Assembly (NCBI GenBank): GCA_009103225.1
Contig: RHPI01000260.1
Span: 196,203-260,202 of the forward strand
Length of the DNA stretch: 64,000 bases
Source of the DNA: Chlorokybus atmophyticus
Lineage: Eukaryota; Plantae; Mesostigma and Chlorokybus algae
Reading direction: 5' to 3'
Shown: positions 16,054 to 27,692 of the stretch, one piece after another
Numbering within the stretch: position 1 is the stretch's first letter
How the letters are laid out: the number at the start of each line of letters is the position of its first letter
Program-made: the position numbers and the translations under genes
Notes under the pieces: generated by a model
What the model saw: only the letters and a program-made list of their open reading frames with translations
Databases searched by the model: none
What the model was told of the DNA's origin: nothing

Positions 16054-16446
16054 TCGTTAGTTGCGATAAAAGCCTCCACACCATCAAAAAACCGCATGCA
16101 TTCTGCCACGGTGATACGCGGGGGTAAAACCTCCTCACCATCATCATCTGCAACATATTCACTGTAAGTGACTAGTAGTTACTCATACAGATGCACAAAC
16201 ATTGGAATCAACCTCGTAACCTTCATCCTTAAAAGGCTCATCATTGGCGGCCCCCTCCGCCGCTCCAATGCTTTCAAGGATATCCTCATCGCTCTGTCCG
16301 GCTTCGGTGGGGAAGGTGTCATTACCGTGGATGAACTCAGCAGGTGAAAGAATCTCTGCGCGTGGAATGGGAAGACGCTGCATGATGTCACTGATCTCCT
16401 GCACAACAGCCTGCTCTCGTGTGTCAATGTCGGGAGTGGGCGCGTG
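16054..16446 (-). pseudogene. Tigger-like transposase, middle C-terminal piece
   Basis: APTPDIDTREQAVVQEISDIMQRL...SPAEFIHGND...SDEDILES...EYVADDDGEEVLPPRITVAECMRFFDGVEAF. It joins in frame to the 27693+ piece once the nested element and one 2-bp TSD copy are removed. Confidence 0.7.
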
Positions 16447-17290
16447 CGTCGCAAATTTTACACGGTGACTGACTAGGGACCGACGGATTGACAATTGCTT
16501 GACCCTACCTGACCGTACCTAACCCTGACGACTTGGGCCATAAAGGGATTGACTGGACCGCCGGTGTATATTGTGGATAACAATCAACGGCCGATGGCCT
16601 ATTGTACAATATAATGGACTGCTGCCTGCCTATCATGATCTGCTTGTAATATATGTCGACGGCCGACCGCCGGTCGTACAGCACCCGCGGCGACCTACAT
16701 GTTACGGCAATAAAGTCACCTCTCAGTCCCCTAATTTCGATGAATGCTACGGAATGTTTACGTTTATACGACCGACCACCGGTCATTTAGCATTTTGCGA
16801 TGATGATGTATTAAAAATGGCAAGCAAGTGACTTATCAGTCCCAACTTAGGGACGAGCGGTGGCGGTAAATTGGGACAACTTGAAGTACCGATATATGAT
16901 ACAATAGAAGTTTCGTCTCAATACAATGGTATGATCGTACCATCGATATAAAGTAGCTGTACCATTACAATGGTACCATTGTATTAGTACTTTTGCATCA
17001 TTACGATGGTACAAAAGTACCATCGTAATATTACGATGGTACAAAAGTACCATTGTAATGGTACGATGGTGTCATAAGGGAAGCCGTTGTGTTTTTAAAC
17101 TCAACGGCCCCTTTGTGAATTCAAACGTTAAGCCGCAACACAACGCTCAACTGTGCAAGTTGACTTGCGCAGTTGAGCGTTGTGCTGCGGCAGCGGCGGC
17201 GGCAGTGGTAGCGGTGGCGGTCGCGGTGGCGCCGGCGGCGGCGGCGGCGGCAGGTATGTGCTTGTGTGCTTGTGCATGCCTTGTCGTGTA

Positions 17291-20200
17291 GGGTAAATAG
17301 AGCGAACTTCGTAGTACGCCCCAATTTCGTTACCTGTCACTGTAATTGCTGTGGCAGGCGCAGCTCTGCTTTGATTGGTCTGATACTTATAGGGTATCTT
17401 CTACATGGGTGTAGGCTTCTGTAGAGCTAAAAAGTAGAGCAAACGGACTTGTGTGGCGGCTTATTCCATTTTTTGAATAGGGGATATATACGACATTTTT
17501 AATGTGTACATGATACCCTAACTTTGACAGATTATAACTTGGGCTGTAGTTGTCAGAAGTAAGTGAAGTAAAACGCAAACGAGTCCTTGTATAATGATTT
17601 GATAATGTCCAAAGTTGCACATCAATTGACGCGGGGGTGCAAAAGTTATCAAACTAGGGTGATGGGGGTAACGCGTGACGCATTGGTGAAAAACCAAAAT
17701 GTGCTATACTTGGCTTGCACGTTTGAAATTTGATTTGGCGCTCTTACCTAACGTGTGGGGATGTTTGAAATGAGTTGTGAGAGTGACCAGCCCACTCAAG
17801 CCATTGCCATTGTGAGTTGAGCTAGTGCATTGGTGGGTTGAGTGCGGGTTGCTAGGTGCATCTTGCGGTAAGATTGCAGTGCATACAAGTGTGTGTTAGC
17901 CGCGATGCAGCAATCAGCAATGTGTTTTAAGTGTTAGTAGCAAGCAAGCAATCAGAAAAGAAGACAAGGAGTAGCTAGTTGCAGAAGAATAGTGTTGGGC
18001 AGTCTAGCTCATGCTAGGACTACCTCTACCTCCACCTATGCCACGCAGCAAGGGAGTTCGGGTGGGTGTGCAGTGTTGCTGGAACTGCAGCATCATCCTT
18101 GTGGCCTGCATGCCACTCAGACCACCCGTTGTCACTCATGTTGTTGCGTGCATGTGCATGCAGGGCAGCAAGCGTGTTAGAGCGAAGACACCCAGCAACA
18201 AGGGACCCAGAGGCAGCTATATGAACCACCGCCACCACCTGGAAGACATCAACCGTGTGGTGAATGCAGTCAACAGAGGGTGTATGACTTTGGGCACAGC
18301 AACAAGAGAGCTCAACATGCCGTACACCACATTCCGCGACTATTGCCAGAACCCAGACAAGCTGCAACATTACAAGTAAGTAGAGTTAGTGTGTGTGTGC
18401 TGACAGTGTAAATGTATGTAAGTGTGCAAAAGTTGCCAACTAAAATGCATGCTGTGTAGGCGTCCAGGTGCTCCCTCTCTGCTATCTGAGGCAGAGGAGA
18501 AGGACCTAGCAGAGTATGTGAATGCACGAAACCAAGTGGGAAGGGCAATGGCATGGACGGAGATCTGCCTTGAAGTTGGCAAACGGCTTGCAAATGATGA
18601 AAGAAGACTGCAGCTGCAGCATGGCTTACCTGGGCGGAAATGGTGTGATGCATTTCAAGCGAGGAACAACCTCACTTCAAGGAAGGCTGAACCTCTGGAT
18701 CGCTCTCGGAGGGTGGGGTTGAGCAGGTCAGTGGTTGAGCATTACTTCAACCCGTTGGAGGAGGTTGTGCACAAGTTGGGAGTGGGCCCTGACCGCATCA
18801 TCTCTGCTGACGAGATTGGTGTAGAACCTGACACGGCAATGCAGAATCAGAGAGTGATAGTGGCAAGGTAAGATGCACTGTGTGATGCAAGGCATGCTGC
18901 ATGCAATGCACAATGCAAACCGAGGTAGACTCTGACTCACATGGCTTGTGTGTTTGCAGTGGTTCCAAGTGGGCTCAAACTGCCACCACTGGCAGCAGAG
19001 AGCATGTGACCCTGATGTGTGCTGTGAGTGGTGCTGGATATGTATTCCCACCTTTGGTGATTCTCAAGGGCCAGAGACTCACAGGTGACTACATGATCTT
19101 TGACGTGGCCGGAGCACGCTTCAAGGCACAAGAAAACGCATGGATGACTACTGACATCTTTGAGGCGTGGGTGGAGAAGATTCTGGTAGCACACATGCCG
19201 GGAGGGGTCTCTACTATCAACCCTGCCCTGCTGGTCATTGATGGACATGTGAGCCGCTATAACCCTGCAATGATACAGTTCGCCAAAGATGCTGGCCTGC
19301 ATATCCTCATCCTTCCTCCTCACACCACGCACAGACTCCAAGTGCTAGGTGTGAGTTGCTTCCATCCATTCAAGGAGGAGTACAGAAAACAATATCAAGA
19401 GAGGATGCGCAAGCGCTACAACTACCACCTGTCTCGTGATGAGTTCCTAGGCTTGATGGTGCAACCATTCAGAGTTGAACTCTCCCCGCAAAACATCATC
19501 AACGGATTTCGTGCATGCAGACTCTACCCCCTAGACAAGCAATGTGTGGACAAGTACCTGCCCCCTGTGCAGCCGGCAGGCCATCTGGGAGCCCTGCTGG
19601 AAGCTATCAATGCAGAAGACGATGCCAACGCTGCTGCGGATGCCACGAACCCAGAGGTGGAGGACTGCACCCTCCACACAGAAGCTCCCAAGAGAAGGAG
19701 AGGTGTCACTTCAGCCCACTTGCTCACTAGTGATGAGCTACATGCAATGCTAGTAGAACAAGACAACGGGAACGAACGCAAATGCCAAGCCAAGGTTAGG
19801 AGAGCAGAAGACAGGGCAGAGAAGGCTGAGGCAGCGAAGTTCGCTGCTGCTGAGAAGGGGAAGGCTCAGGCAGCGAAGAAGGCCGCCAGCGAGGCGAAGA
19901 AGAGGCTGGAGCAAGCATAGAAGGATGAGAGGAGGGCAAGACAGCAGGAGAAGCAGCAAGAGGCAGACATGCAGAAGGAGGAGCAGGAGGCAGCAGCTCA
20001 CCTTGAGACGGCACAGAGGGAGAAGACTGCAGCAGAGGCCAACGCCATTCTCATGCGCTATGTTTGGGACCTTGTCTTGTGTGACAACCAAGCAGGAGAA
20101 CCTTTCGCAGACACAGCTGAAGACTACGTTAACAACCGCCTCACTCCCCACCCAGCTGCAAGGGAAGCTGGAGCTCGCTGGAGAGCGCAAAGGCAGGAGC

Positions 20201-20893
20201 GCGAGGCGAGAGAGGCGAGGAGGAGAGCTGCAAAACAGAACAAGTAGTTAGCCTAGACATCAAGGCAGCCAAGCAGTTGCAGAACACGCACGCACACTGT
20301 ATGTACCCTAGGCCAGCAACTTGCATGCAACCCTGTACATGTGACTTAGCTTGCTGAACACAATTACATGCATGCATGCATCACTCCCTAGCTTACACCT
20401 CACCTTGCTTGCTGTGCTTGCTGCTGATGGCGTGCGCTCCACTCTTACTCAACCCCATGATCAGCGCTGCCGCCGCCCACACAACCTTGCAAACTGACTC
20501 ATTTTGGCGGCAAGGTTGCGCGCAACCTTGCCGCCAAAAAATGGCTGCAACCAATGGGCTGCACGGCAACCCTTCAACAGGCACGACAGCACCGCCTGTC
20601 ATGCCAATACTTCCACTGATAGGGCCCCACACCCCTCAACCCCTTTCACACCACTCACTGTGCACGAAATGCCTGCCACAGGTACTTTTCACTCACGACA
20701 TTAGGGTGAAATCCGGTTTTGAGATACACCCTCCACACCTCAACTTTGGCGCGCTGCTGACAGCGCGTCACTTGGCCATATGTGTAGATAAAAACTTTAT
20801 CTACAAAACAGCCACATCACCGCCAAAAACCCAACGTAGCGGCCGCCATAACCTAATGTACAAAAAAACCTACGAAGTTCGCTCTATTTACCC
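17291..20893 (+). mobile_element. pogo/Fot1-like DD35D DNA transposon, 3.6 kb, 24-bp perfect TIRs, TA TSD
   Basis: TA|GGGTAAATAGAGCGAACTTCGTAG (17291-17314) and its exact reverse complement (20870-20893)|TA. Confidence 0.93.
18038..20247 (+). pseudogene. Spliced pogo transposase (psq-like HTH, CENP-B HTH, DDE_1, charged helical tail) with inactivating lesions
   Basis: GT-AG introns at 18376-18459 and 18868-18959 (and probably ~18062-18160) splice in phase. Motifs ADEIG, REHVTLMCAVSGAG..FPPLVILKG, WMTTDIFEAW and LLVIDGHVS are present. LQVLG stands where LQPLD is expected (GGT at 19348-19350), and there is an in-frame TAG at 19918-19920. Confidence 0.88.
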
Positions 20894-20978
20894 TAGTGCG
20901 CAGCAGTGCAGCCGGACCGCCCTTCCACCCTTCGTGTTGCAGGGCGGCCACCGGGCCAGGCCCGGCGGCGGCGGCGGC

Positions 20979-21586
20979 TGTGACGGTGCTTGTGCCTTGT
21001 CGCCTGTGAGTTGGTCCAATCCACAACCCTCTCACCAAGGCACGGTATTCACACCGGAACCTTGCCCCCTCTGCCAAGCACACACGCGCGCCCCGCCACT
21101 CGCGTATGCACGCGCATGCGCTCGAAGCTACACACCGACTTGTGTAGCGCCTTGGATCGTCACACAAGCAAGCACACACTAGTGGACACACGCTAGCAAC
21201 CGCTGCTAACCACCACCAAGCTTGCACACCAGAAACTAGGGAGCTAAAGGTTGTATTGCAAATTGTAGAATGTTGCACTTTTATACCTACCAGTCTGCAC
21301 ATGCTACACTTCTAGACCTTCTGACGCACCAAAGATCTCTTAATTTGCTGCTCATATGGTCAAGTTATACTACTTGGCGCCAGGCCCTTCCAGAAATCTG
21401 GTCGAGCCCTTCTCGACTGGCCCTCCGTTTTCTGGCACCTTCCAGACTGGTCTTGGGGCCCCGGTCGATATCCGCGGCAGACTCATAACTTGCCGATATC
21501 CGCCACAAGTCATGAAAAACATGGTACCTTACAAATAAGGCCTAAAATGGCCATGAAAATCACGAAATGTGGCCTTGACTGTTACA
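20979..21586 (-). repeat. 3' LTR (608 bp)
   Basis: Direct repeat of 26293-26963, roughly 95% identical by eye, lacking a ~65-bp segment. PPT (ctcctcccccctag on plus strand) at 21587-21600. Confidence 0.95.
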
Positions 21587-21607
21587 CTCCTCCCCCCTAG
21601 GTGAGCT

Positions 21608-24600
21608 TCATCCTCGAAGCTCGCAAGGTTGTCGTCGAGCAAGATAGGCACGCACAACGTCTCGAGCATTAGCCAAGTGTGCCTCAAGCTCCCAGGATGC
21701 TTCATGCAACGGATAGTTTTTCCATTTCATTAAGAACTTGCGCACGCCATGCACAAACTTCTCACCAAGGATGTCTTCTACCTCCCACTTTGGTTCACCA
21801 TCCGTGCCAACGTCGGGGGGCGGCCTTTCTGTCGGTTGTCCGCGATATGCCTTTAAAAGGGAGACGTGAAAAACGGGGTGCACACGCATGGTGTCGGGTA
21901 GCTCCAGCTTGTACGTCATATCTTTGATAACTTTGCTGACCTTAAATGGTCCCAACCAGCGTTCATTCAGCTTGCGAATTCCCGTACGCACCTATACGCG
22001 CTTCGCGGAGAGTAACACAATGTCGCCTTCTTGAAACGAGGTGTCGGCGATGCGCGTCCGCGTACTGCTTCTGCCTGTTTTGTGCCACCAATAGCGCCTC
22101 CCTAACTGCCTTATTAACATCCGCGCACTTTGTGAGGAAGTCATTAGCTGCCTCCACATGCACGTCATGTCGTCGCGGTGTCCATGCCGTCAACGGTGTT
22201 AATGGATGTTGCCCGTAGTTCATAAGGAAGGGAGTGACACCTGTGCTTGCATTGTGGTAGTTGTTGATCACAAACTGCACCAACTCAAGCAGCTCCGCCC
22301 AATTGTCTTGTCGCGCGTTAACGTAGCAACGCAGCATGTTCTCAATCACACGGTTGGCCCGCTCCTTTTGCCCATCAGTTTGCGGGTGGAATGCCGTGTT
22401 AAACTTCGGTGTGGTACCCAGTGCACTATGCAGCGCCTCCCAAAACTTACTTGTAAAGCGCGGGTCGCGATCACTCACAATGCTTCGTGTTAATCCATGA
22501 GAACGAAACACATGCTTTACAAACAAGCGTGCTGCCTCCGGTGCCGTGTAAGACTCACCACACGGTGCCAAGCGTACCATTTTGCTGATTTTGTCGACGA
22601 ACACAAGTATAGCGTCGTACCCTTCCTTTGTCTTTGGTAGCCCCGTGATAAAGTCCATGGTAACTTGCTCCCACGTGGACAATGGCACAGGGAGAGGTTG
22701 CAGCGACCCACCTGGCTTTTGGTTGCTTGCCTTCACCCTTTGGCATGCGTCGCACAACGCCACGTAGTCGCGCACATCGGGATGCATCTCTCACCAATAA
22801 AAACGCTGCTTCAAGCTTGCCAAAGTCCTCTCCAACCCTTGGTGACCAGCAATGGGCACGTCATGAGCTTCCTTCAGCACCTTCACGGATATGCGCGACG
22901 TTGGGGTTGTACAAGCGCCCGTGGTGCCATAGCAGCCCATCGCGCATTGACCAATGCCCACTTGTATCCGTAGCTGCACTTTCCAGCTCTTGCAACACTT
23001 TCATACCCTTTATGTCTTCACGAAGCACTTGCCGAGTCTGGTCGGTCCACTCGGGCTGCACTTGAGCGAGTGCCTCAATTGCATCAAGCCAGCTCAGCGC
23101 GTCAGCAACACCATTTGACGTACCGGGCTTGTACTTGATATCGAAGTTAAAAAGTTGAAGGAACTCCAACCATCGTGCTTGTCTGCGACTTAACTGAGGT
23201 TGTGTCTGTAAGTACCTCAGTGGAGAGTAATCCGTCTCAAGCACGAGCTTTTTGCCTTCCAGAAAACAACGCCATTGTCGTAGCGCCATGACTTGCGCCA
23301 AAAGTTCCTTCTCGTGCACGGGTAATTCAGCTCCGCACCACTCATCTTCTTGCTGAAGAATGCTACTGGTTGAAGGCTGTTGCCATGGTCTTGCTGCAAA
23401 ACAGCTCCTACAGCTGTGTCGGACGCATCGCAAGCAAAAATAGATGTCTTTTCCATGTCGAGTGAGCCAGGACTGGTGCCTCCGTCAGCGCCTTCTTCAA
23501 CGCAGCAAATGCATGTTCCTCTGTTGCTGACCAGCTCCAAGGCTTTCCCTTCTTGAGTAGGGCAGTCAAGGGAGCAGCTATGCGCGAAAACCCCATGATA
23601 AACTTGCGATTATACCCTGCAAGGCCTGAAAAAGACATCACCTCCTTTACGTTGGTCGGGGAAGCCCACTCGCGCACCACCTGCACTTTGTTGGGGTCCG
23701 GCTTGATGCCTTCATGCGACACGATGTGGCTTAGGTACTCCATCTCTTGAAGCAAAAATTTGCACTTTTGTAGCTGGGCGTACAACTTGTGTTCGCGCAA
23801 ACGCTACAACACGCGCCGTAGAAGTGCCACGTGCTCCTCCTTTGTTTTCGCGTACACCAGAATGTCGTCGAGGTACACGAGGACTCCCTTACCAATCAAG
23901 TCAGCGAAAACGCTATTCATTAGCGTTTGAAGTGTTGCCGGTGCGTTCTTAAGTCTGAAGGACATGACCAACCACTCGCAGTGCCCATAACGTGTGTTAA
24001 AAGCTGTTTTCTCCACATCCTCGGGCGCGATGCGGATTTGGTGATAACCTCTAGCAAGATCAAGTGTTGTAAAGTACTGCGCACCTTGCAATTGCTTCAG
24101 CAGCTTGTCGATACGTGGGAGTGGAAAGCAATTCCTCTTTTTGATGTTGTTGAGAGCTCGGTAGTCGACACACATGCGCAAGCTCCCATTTTTCTTTCGT
24201 ACAAACAAAGTAGATGCACCATAGGGGGACTTACTAGGCCTGATGTAGCCTCTTTTCAGCAAGTCCGCCACCTGCCTCTCGGCCTCTTCCAGCTCCAAAG
24301 GTGACAACTTCTATACGGGTTGACAGGGTGGCTTGTGCACGCCCTCAATTAGCTCCACATGGTGGTCTACGCTCCGTGGAAGTGGTAGACCAGATGGAAG
24401 TCTGTCCACCATGATATCTTGGTATACTTTAACAAGTTTACACACCTCGGGGTCCATCGTAGCCGTCTTAACATCGTCACTCAGCTCCGGTGCTGACTTT
24501 GCAGTGTTTTCGCGCACCACGCACAACCATGCAGCCTTTGCCTTCCGTGGAGACAATAACTTCCTTAATTGCACATAAAAAATCTGGGCAATTGTCGTAC

Positions 24601-26249
24601 CACCTGATTGTGCGTGCCGCGCCTCGACGACGTCCGACGCAGCTTGATTGGACTCTCCACCGTTTCGTTCGATGGTGAGCACGCGCTTCCTCCAATTGAT
24701 GGATGGATTATGTTGCCATAGCCACGGTAGTCTCAAAATCCCAAACTCCCGTCAAACCCGTTCCGTAGGGTGATGCAGCAAAATTGCATGGTCTCCTTCA
24801 TCTTCCCTATGCGAACGCACAATTCTTTGGTCATAAACGCAGCGCCATTACCTCCAAAGGGTGGCTCTCCATCAGCGAGCTTCACTTCACCTCCTCGTAA
24901 TGATGAAAGCCAACCGTAACGCCGCGCAATATCAATACTCATAAAATTGCTGTTGGCACCGCTATCAATCATGAGCTTACACTCTCTCCATCGTCCTTGG
25001 TCATCGCAAATGTGTGCTGGAAGCCCGACGTACTTTGTTGTCTCCTCTTTTGCATAACTCACCACCGTTGGCGCATTCATAACCATCTCCTCTTGCTTTT
25101 CTAATGGAAATGTCACAGCATCCGTCCGTGCATGAGGCTCTTTCCTATCCCCAGCAGTAGCCTCCTCACCTACTGGGGAAAGTCGTTTTCCTTGCTCCAC
25201 GCCATTTTGCTCCATGGTGTTGACGCGACGATTATGGCGAGGGTTGCCATCCGGTGTTAGCCTTTGCGTGCTTCGTTTGGGCATCCGTACGCCAAATGCT
25301 CCGTCGACCCACACGCATAACACTTGCGCACACCTTTACCTCTTTCACCACGTCCGCCGTACTTTGTCTCACTTCCATGCGTGTATATGGCACCCACCTC
25401 CATTGGTGCAGACCCAGAGTCAGCTCCACCTCCATTGGCAAGCGCTAAACTTAGTTCTCCTCGTCTCCATGCTTGTTGAAAGCCTCCCCGGGGCTGATCA
25501 CCATGCCTTTACCTCCAATCAGTGTTTCTTGTGGTGGACTTGAAGTACAACGCGTCGAGTCGCTCCGCAATGCGTATAGCCTCCGCGAGTGTCTTCAGGT
25601 CCCGTAGCTCCACTTCTTTACGCCCCAAAGGTTTTAAACCACGTGTATACCTGTCCAACTGCTCCTCCTCGGTCATATTGGGTATGGACATCACCAATCG
25701 CTGAAACGCGGCCGTGTACGCCATCACCGACCCCATTTGCACAAGGGCTGCAAGTTTGTCGCGTGCGGCCTTTACGCTCTCAACGGGAACAAATTGATGC
25801 CTGACCTCTAGTGCCAACTCTTTCATGGTGGTCAATGGTAGCGCCAACCCGTTTGCAACACGCGTACAAGGATGTCTCCACCATACAAGTGCTGCATCTT
25901 CAAGCAATGTCGCTGCAACCTCCACGTGCAGATGCGTGGGCACCTCCGTGAGCTTCAACCAAGACGATACTTGAAAAATCCATTCATCCACTGCATCTCC
26001 ATCACGTTGACCCTTGAATGGCTTGGGCTTTGGCACCTTCACATGCACGCGCGAGCTTGATGCCATGGGAACTTGTACACGCGCCATCGCATGCTCATAC
26101 GCTTCACGTTGTGCTTGAGCCGCCGCTTGAGTGTGATGAAGCTCTTCCCTCAATTCTAAAATGGCAGCTTGAAGCTCTTCCATGCGAGCATCCTCCATCT
26201 CCATTAACACACTACACACCGCTTCCGAATGAAAAGTGTAAACGCACAC
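21608..26249 (-). pseudogene. gag-pol polyprotein remnants
   Basis: gag KPKPFKG...WIFQV (25509-26249), zinc knuckle CYACGSTEHLAYGC, protease IDSGA, RT YLDDILVY, RNase H CDAS..AVGAVLQQ, integrase H..H..C..C plus VSDRDPRFTSKFW, chromodomain WEVEDIL...FLMKWKNYPLHEASWE. Several frameshifts and stops. Confidence 0.93.
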
Positions 26250-26292
26250 ACACTTCCTCTCTCACCTTCGTAAACCGTGCTCCGATACCAGT

Positions 26293-26963
26293 TGTGACGG
26301 TGCTCGTGCCTTGTCACCTGTGAGTTGGCTCAATCCACAACCCTCTCACCAAGGCACGGTATTCACACCGGATCCTTGCCCATTCTGCCAAGCACACACG
26401 CGCGCCCCGCCACTCGCGTACGCACGCGCATGCGCTCGAAGCTACACACCGACTTGTGTAGCGCCTTGATCGTCGCACAAGCAAGCGTACACTAGTGGAC
26501 ACACGCTAGCAACCCCTGCTCACCACCACCAAGCTTGCAAACAAGAAACTAGAGAGCTAAAGGTTGTATTGCAAATTGTAGAATGTCACTTTTATACCTA
26601 CCAGTCTGCACATGCTAATGTCTAGACAATTCTAGCGCTAGACGGAGCTAGGAGCTAAGATAATCTTGCAGACTCTTGTGGTACACTTCTAGACCTTTCC
26701 GACGCACCAAAAATCTCCTAATTTGCTGCTCAAATGGTCAAGTTATACTACTTGGCGCCAGGCCCTTCCAGAAATCTGGTCGAGCCCTTCTCGACTGGCC
26801 CTCCGTTTTCTGGCACCTTCCGGACTGGTCTGGGGCCCCGGTCGATATCCGCGGCAGACTCATAACTCGCCGATATCCGCTACAAGTCATGAAAAACATG
26901 GTACCTTACAAGTAAGGCCTAAAATGGCCATGAAAATCACGAAATTTGGCCTTGACTGTTACA
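26293..26963 (-). repeat. 5' LTR (671 bp)
   Basis: Begins tgtgacgg and ends gttaca on plus. The PBS complement gctccgatacca lies at 26279-26290. Confidence 0.95.
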
Positions 26964-27692
26964 GCGGCGGCCGCCAGCAGGTGCGATGTTGTTGTTGTTG
27001 TTGTTGTTGTTGTGGTTGTGGTGGTGGTATAATGTGTTGCGCCGCCCTAGCTGACCGCCCCTCTTTCCTCAAGACGGCCAGGCTAAGAGGGCGCAAGCAG
27101 CAGGCAAGCGGCAGCACAAGACTTAGCGGCGGCAGACTGTAGTGCAGTAGGTAGTACTACTACCGTAGTAGTGTAGTAGTATAGCGTAGTATGTCGGTGG
27201 TGGGGCTTGTACTGTGCAGGTGACATGTATATGACTGTGATGTAATCGAGTTGTGATATATGATTGCCGTCTTGCACAGTCGATGTCACATAAACGCGGT
27301 ACCCACTCATCACTGTCGGCACTCTAAGGTACCGTTAGTCATAACTAGCTACCTGACAGTCAGGGACATTTACCACAAAGTTGCCGGAATCTAACTAATA
27401 AGTACCAGTCAGATACCTGTTAGTTAGGCTAAGTCACCTTTGCTTGACTGATAAGTATCTTACAGGTACCGGTTAGTTAGGTCAAGTCCCTTTTCCTTGA
27501 CTGATACATACCTGACAGGTACTTGTCCGTCTAGGTCAGTCTCTTTGTGTAAACGGCCCGGGACGGCCGTTATACTCAGGTCTCTGTATCGAGATTACAG
27601 GTGGACTGAGCCACGACACTTCAAATGAGTATCCACAAGTGCACGGCCGTTACCAGTATTTATTCGGCCGGCAGGGGAAACATTTTGCAACG

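Larger units (their letters stand above)
20979..26963 (-). mobile_element. Full-length Ty3/gypsy chromovirus LTR retrotransposon (degenerate ORFs)
   Basis: LTRs at 20979-21586 and 26293-26963 (TG...CA), GCGGC TSD on both sides, PBS TGGTATCGGAGC next to the 5' LTR and PPT next to the 3' LTR. Domain order is gag-CCHC-PR-RT-RH-INT-chromodomain. Confidence 0.96.
16447..27692. mobile_element. Non-autonomous TIR element, family X copy 2 (2-bp TSD TG), ~1.65 kb own sequence, hosting pogo and gypsy insertions
   Basis: tg|CGTCGCAAATT...CATTTTGCAACG|tg. Segments 16447-17290, 20894-20978 and 26964-27692 align with copy 1, including the empty pogo site. Confidence 0.75.

Noticed and set aside
17001-17060. 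CRISPR-like 30-bp palindromic direct repeat
   Set aside because: There are only two adjacent units with no spacers and no cas genes, and the context is a eukaryotic transposon.
19918-19920. Programmed readthrough or pyrrolysine at the in-frame TAG of the pogo transposase
   Set aside because: The same copy has a catalytic D-to-G change, so ordinary mutational decay is the simpler explanation.
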